Assembly: GCA_963817665.1 (NCBI GenBank)
Contig: CAWFPE010000009.1
Span: 15,049 to 79,048, forward strand
Reading direction: 5' to 3'
DNA length: 64,000 bases
Source: an uncultured Actinomycetota bacterium
GTDB taxonomy: Bacteria > Actinomycetota > Actinomycetes > Propionibacteriales > Nocardioidaceae
Shown here: piece by piece, positions 63,438 through 64,000 of the stretch
Layout of the letters: every line of letters starts with the position of its first letter
How positions within the stretch are numbered: the stretch's first letter is position 1
Made by a program: the position numbers and the translations under genes
Notes under the pieces: generated by a model
Told to the model about the DNA's origin: nothing
The model's input: the letters and a program-made list of their open reading frames with translations, nothing else
The model's database searches: none

Positions 63438-64000
63438 GTGCCCGACGCGATCTTCGACGACCGCCGCCTCGCCGAGCTCTACGACCCGCTCGATCCCGAC
63501 CGCAGCGACCTGACGGCGTACGCCGCCCTCGCCGACGAGCTCGGCGCCCGCAGCGTGCTCGACGTCGGCTGCGGCACCGGCACCTTCGCCATCCTGCTCG
63601 CCCAGCGCGGCCTCGAGGTGACCGGCGTCGACCCGGCCGGAGCCTCGCTCGAGGTGGCCCGGGCCAAGCCCGGCGCCGACCGGGTGACCTGGCTGCACGG
63701 CGACGCCACGACGCTGCCGCCGCTGCAGGTCGACCTGGCGACCATGACCGCCAACGTGGCCCAGGTGTTCGTCACCGACGAGGACTGGGCGGCGACGTTG
63801 AGCGCGGTGCACGCCGCGCTCCGTCCCGGCGGCCACCTCGTCCTCGAGACCCGCGACCCGGCCGCCGAGGCGTGGCGCGAGTGGGACCGCGAGCACACCT
63901 TCACCCGCGCCGACGTGGCCGGCGGGGTCGAGACCTGGTGCGACCTCCTCGAGGTCGACGGCGAGCTGGTCTCCTTCCGCTGGACCTTCGCCTTCGACTC
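63438..64000 (+). CDS. Class I SAM-dependent methyltransferase (3-prime partial, runs off the window)
   Basis: My translation from GTG 63438: VLDVGCGTGTFAILLAQRG, LRPGGHLVLETRD. No stop before 64000. Confidence 0.7.
   Translation, partial: MPDAIFDDRRLAELYDPLDPDRSDLTAYAALADELGARSVLDVGCGTGTFAILLAQRGLEVTGVDPAGASLEVARAKPGADRVTWLHGDATTLPPLQVDLATMTANVAQVFVTDEDWAATLSAVHAALRPGGHLVLETRDPAAEAWREWDREHTFTRADVAGGVETWCDLLEVDGELVSFRWTFAFD

Overview
High-GC (about 70%) actinobacterial chromosome segment; assigning it to Nocardioidaceae or a related family is only a guess. The backbone is conserved housekeeping synteny: class I fumarase, glpX, modABC, xseAB, ispH and ychF. Around it sit three ABC uptake systems, a seven-gene translationally coupled envelope-glycan modification operon (35.4-42.5 kb) and several mobile or decaying regions. 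The main accessory content is: (1) an IS110-family element (30204-31596) inserted at a CT dinucleotide inside a 146-bp tandem repeat array next to a DUF222/HNH gene, with a candidate bridge RNA in its 319-bp left end; (2) a lower-GC island with different codon usage from about 44.1 to 54.3 kb, carrying small metabolic genes, a ParE-like remnant, two overlapping tyrosine recombinases, a GNAT gene and a wHTH-MNT/HEPN pair; (3) a large HTH-STAND-TPR ATPase with a 45-codon fossil of a deleted paralogue nearby. About 30 single-base frameshifts interrupt at least 15 recognisable genes, and many of those mapped sit in short G/C runs. I read most of them as likely assembly indels, except a sugar-uptake operon at 14.5-16.7 kb where they are unusually dense. 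I saw no rRNA, tRNA or CRISPR array. I did not find a clearly new multi-gene system. The best candidates for follow-up are the IS110 guide RNA with its repeat-array target, the 146-bp repeat family itself, and the sulfotransferase-containing lipid-linked amino-sugar operon. All family assignments come from motif recognition by eye, not from searches.
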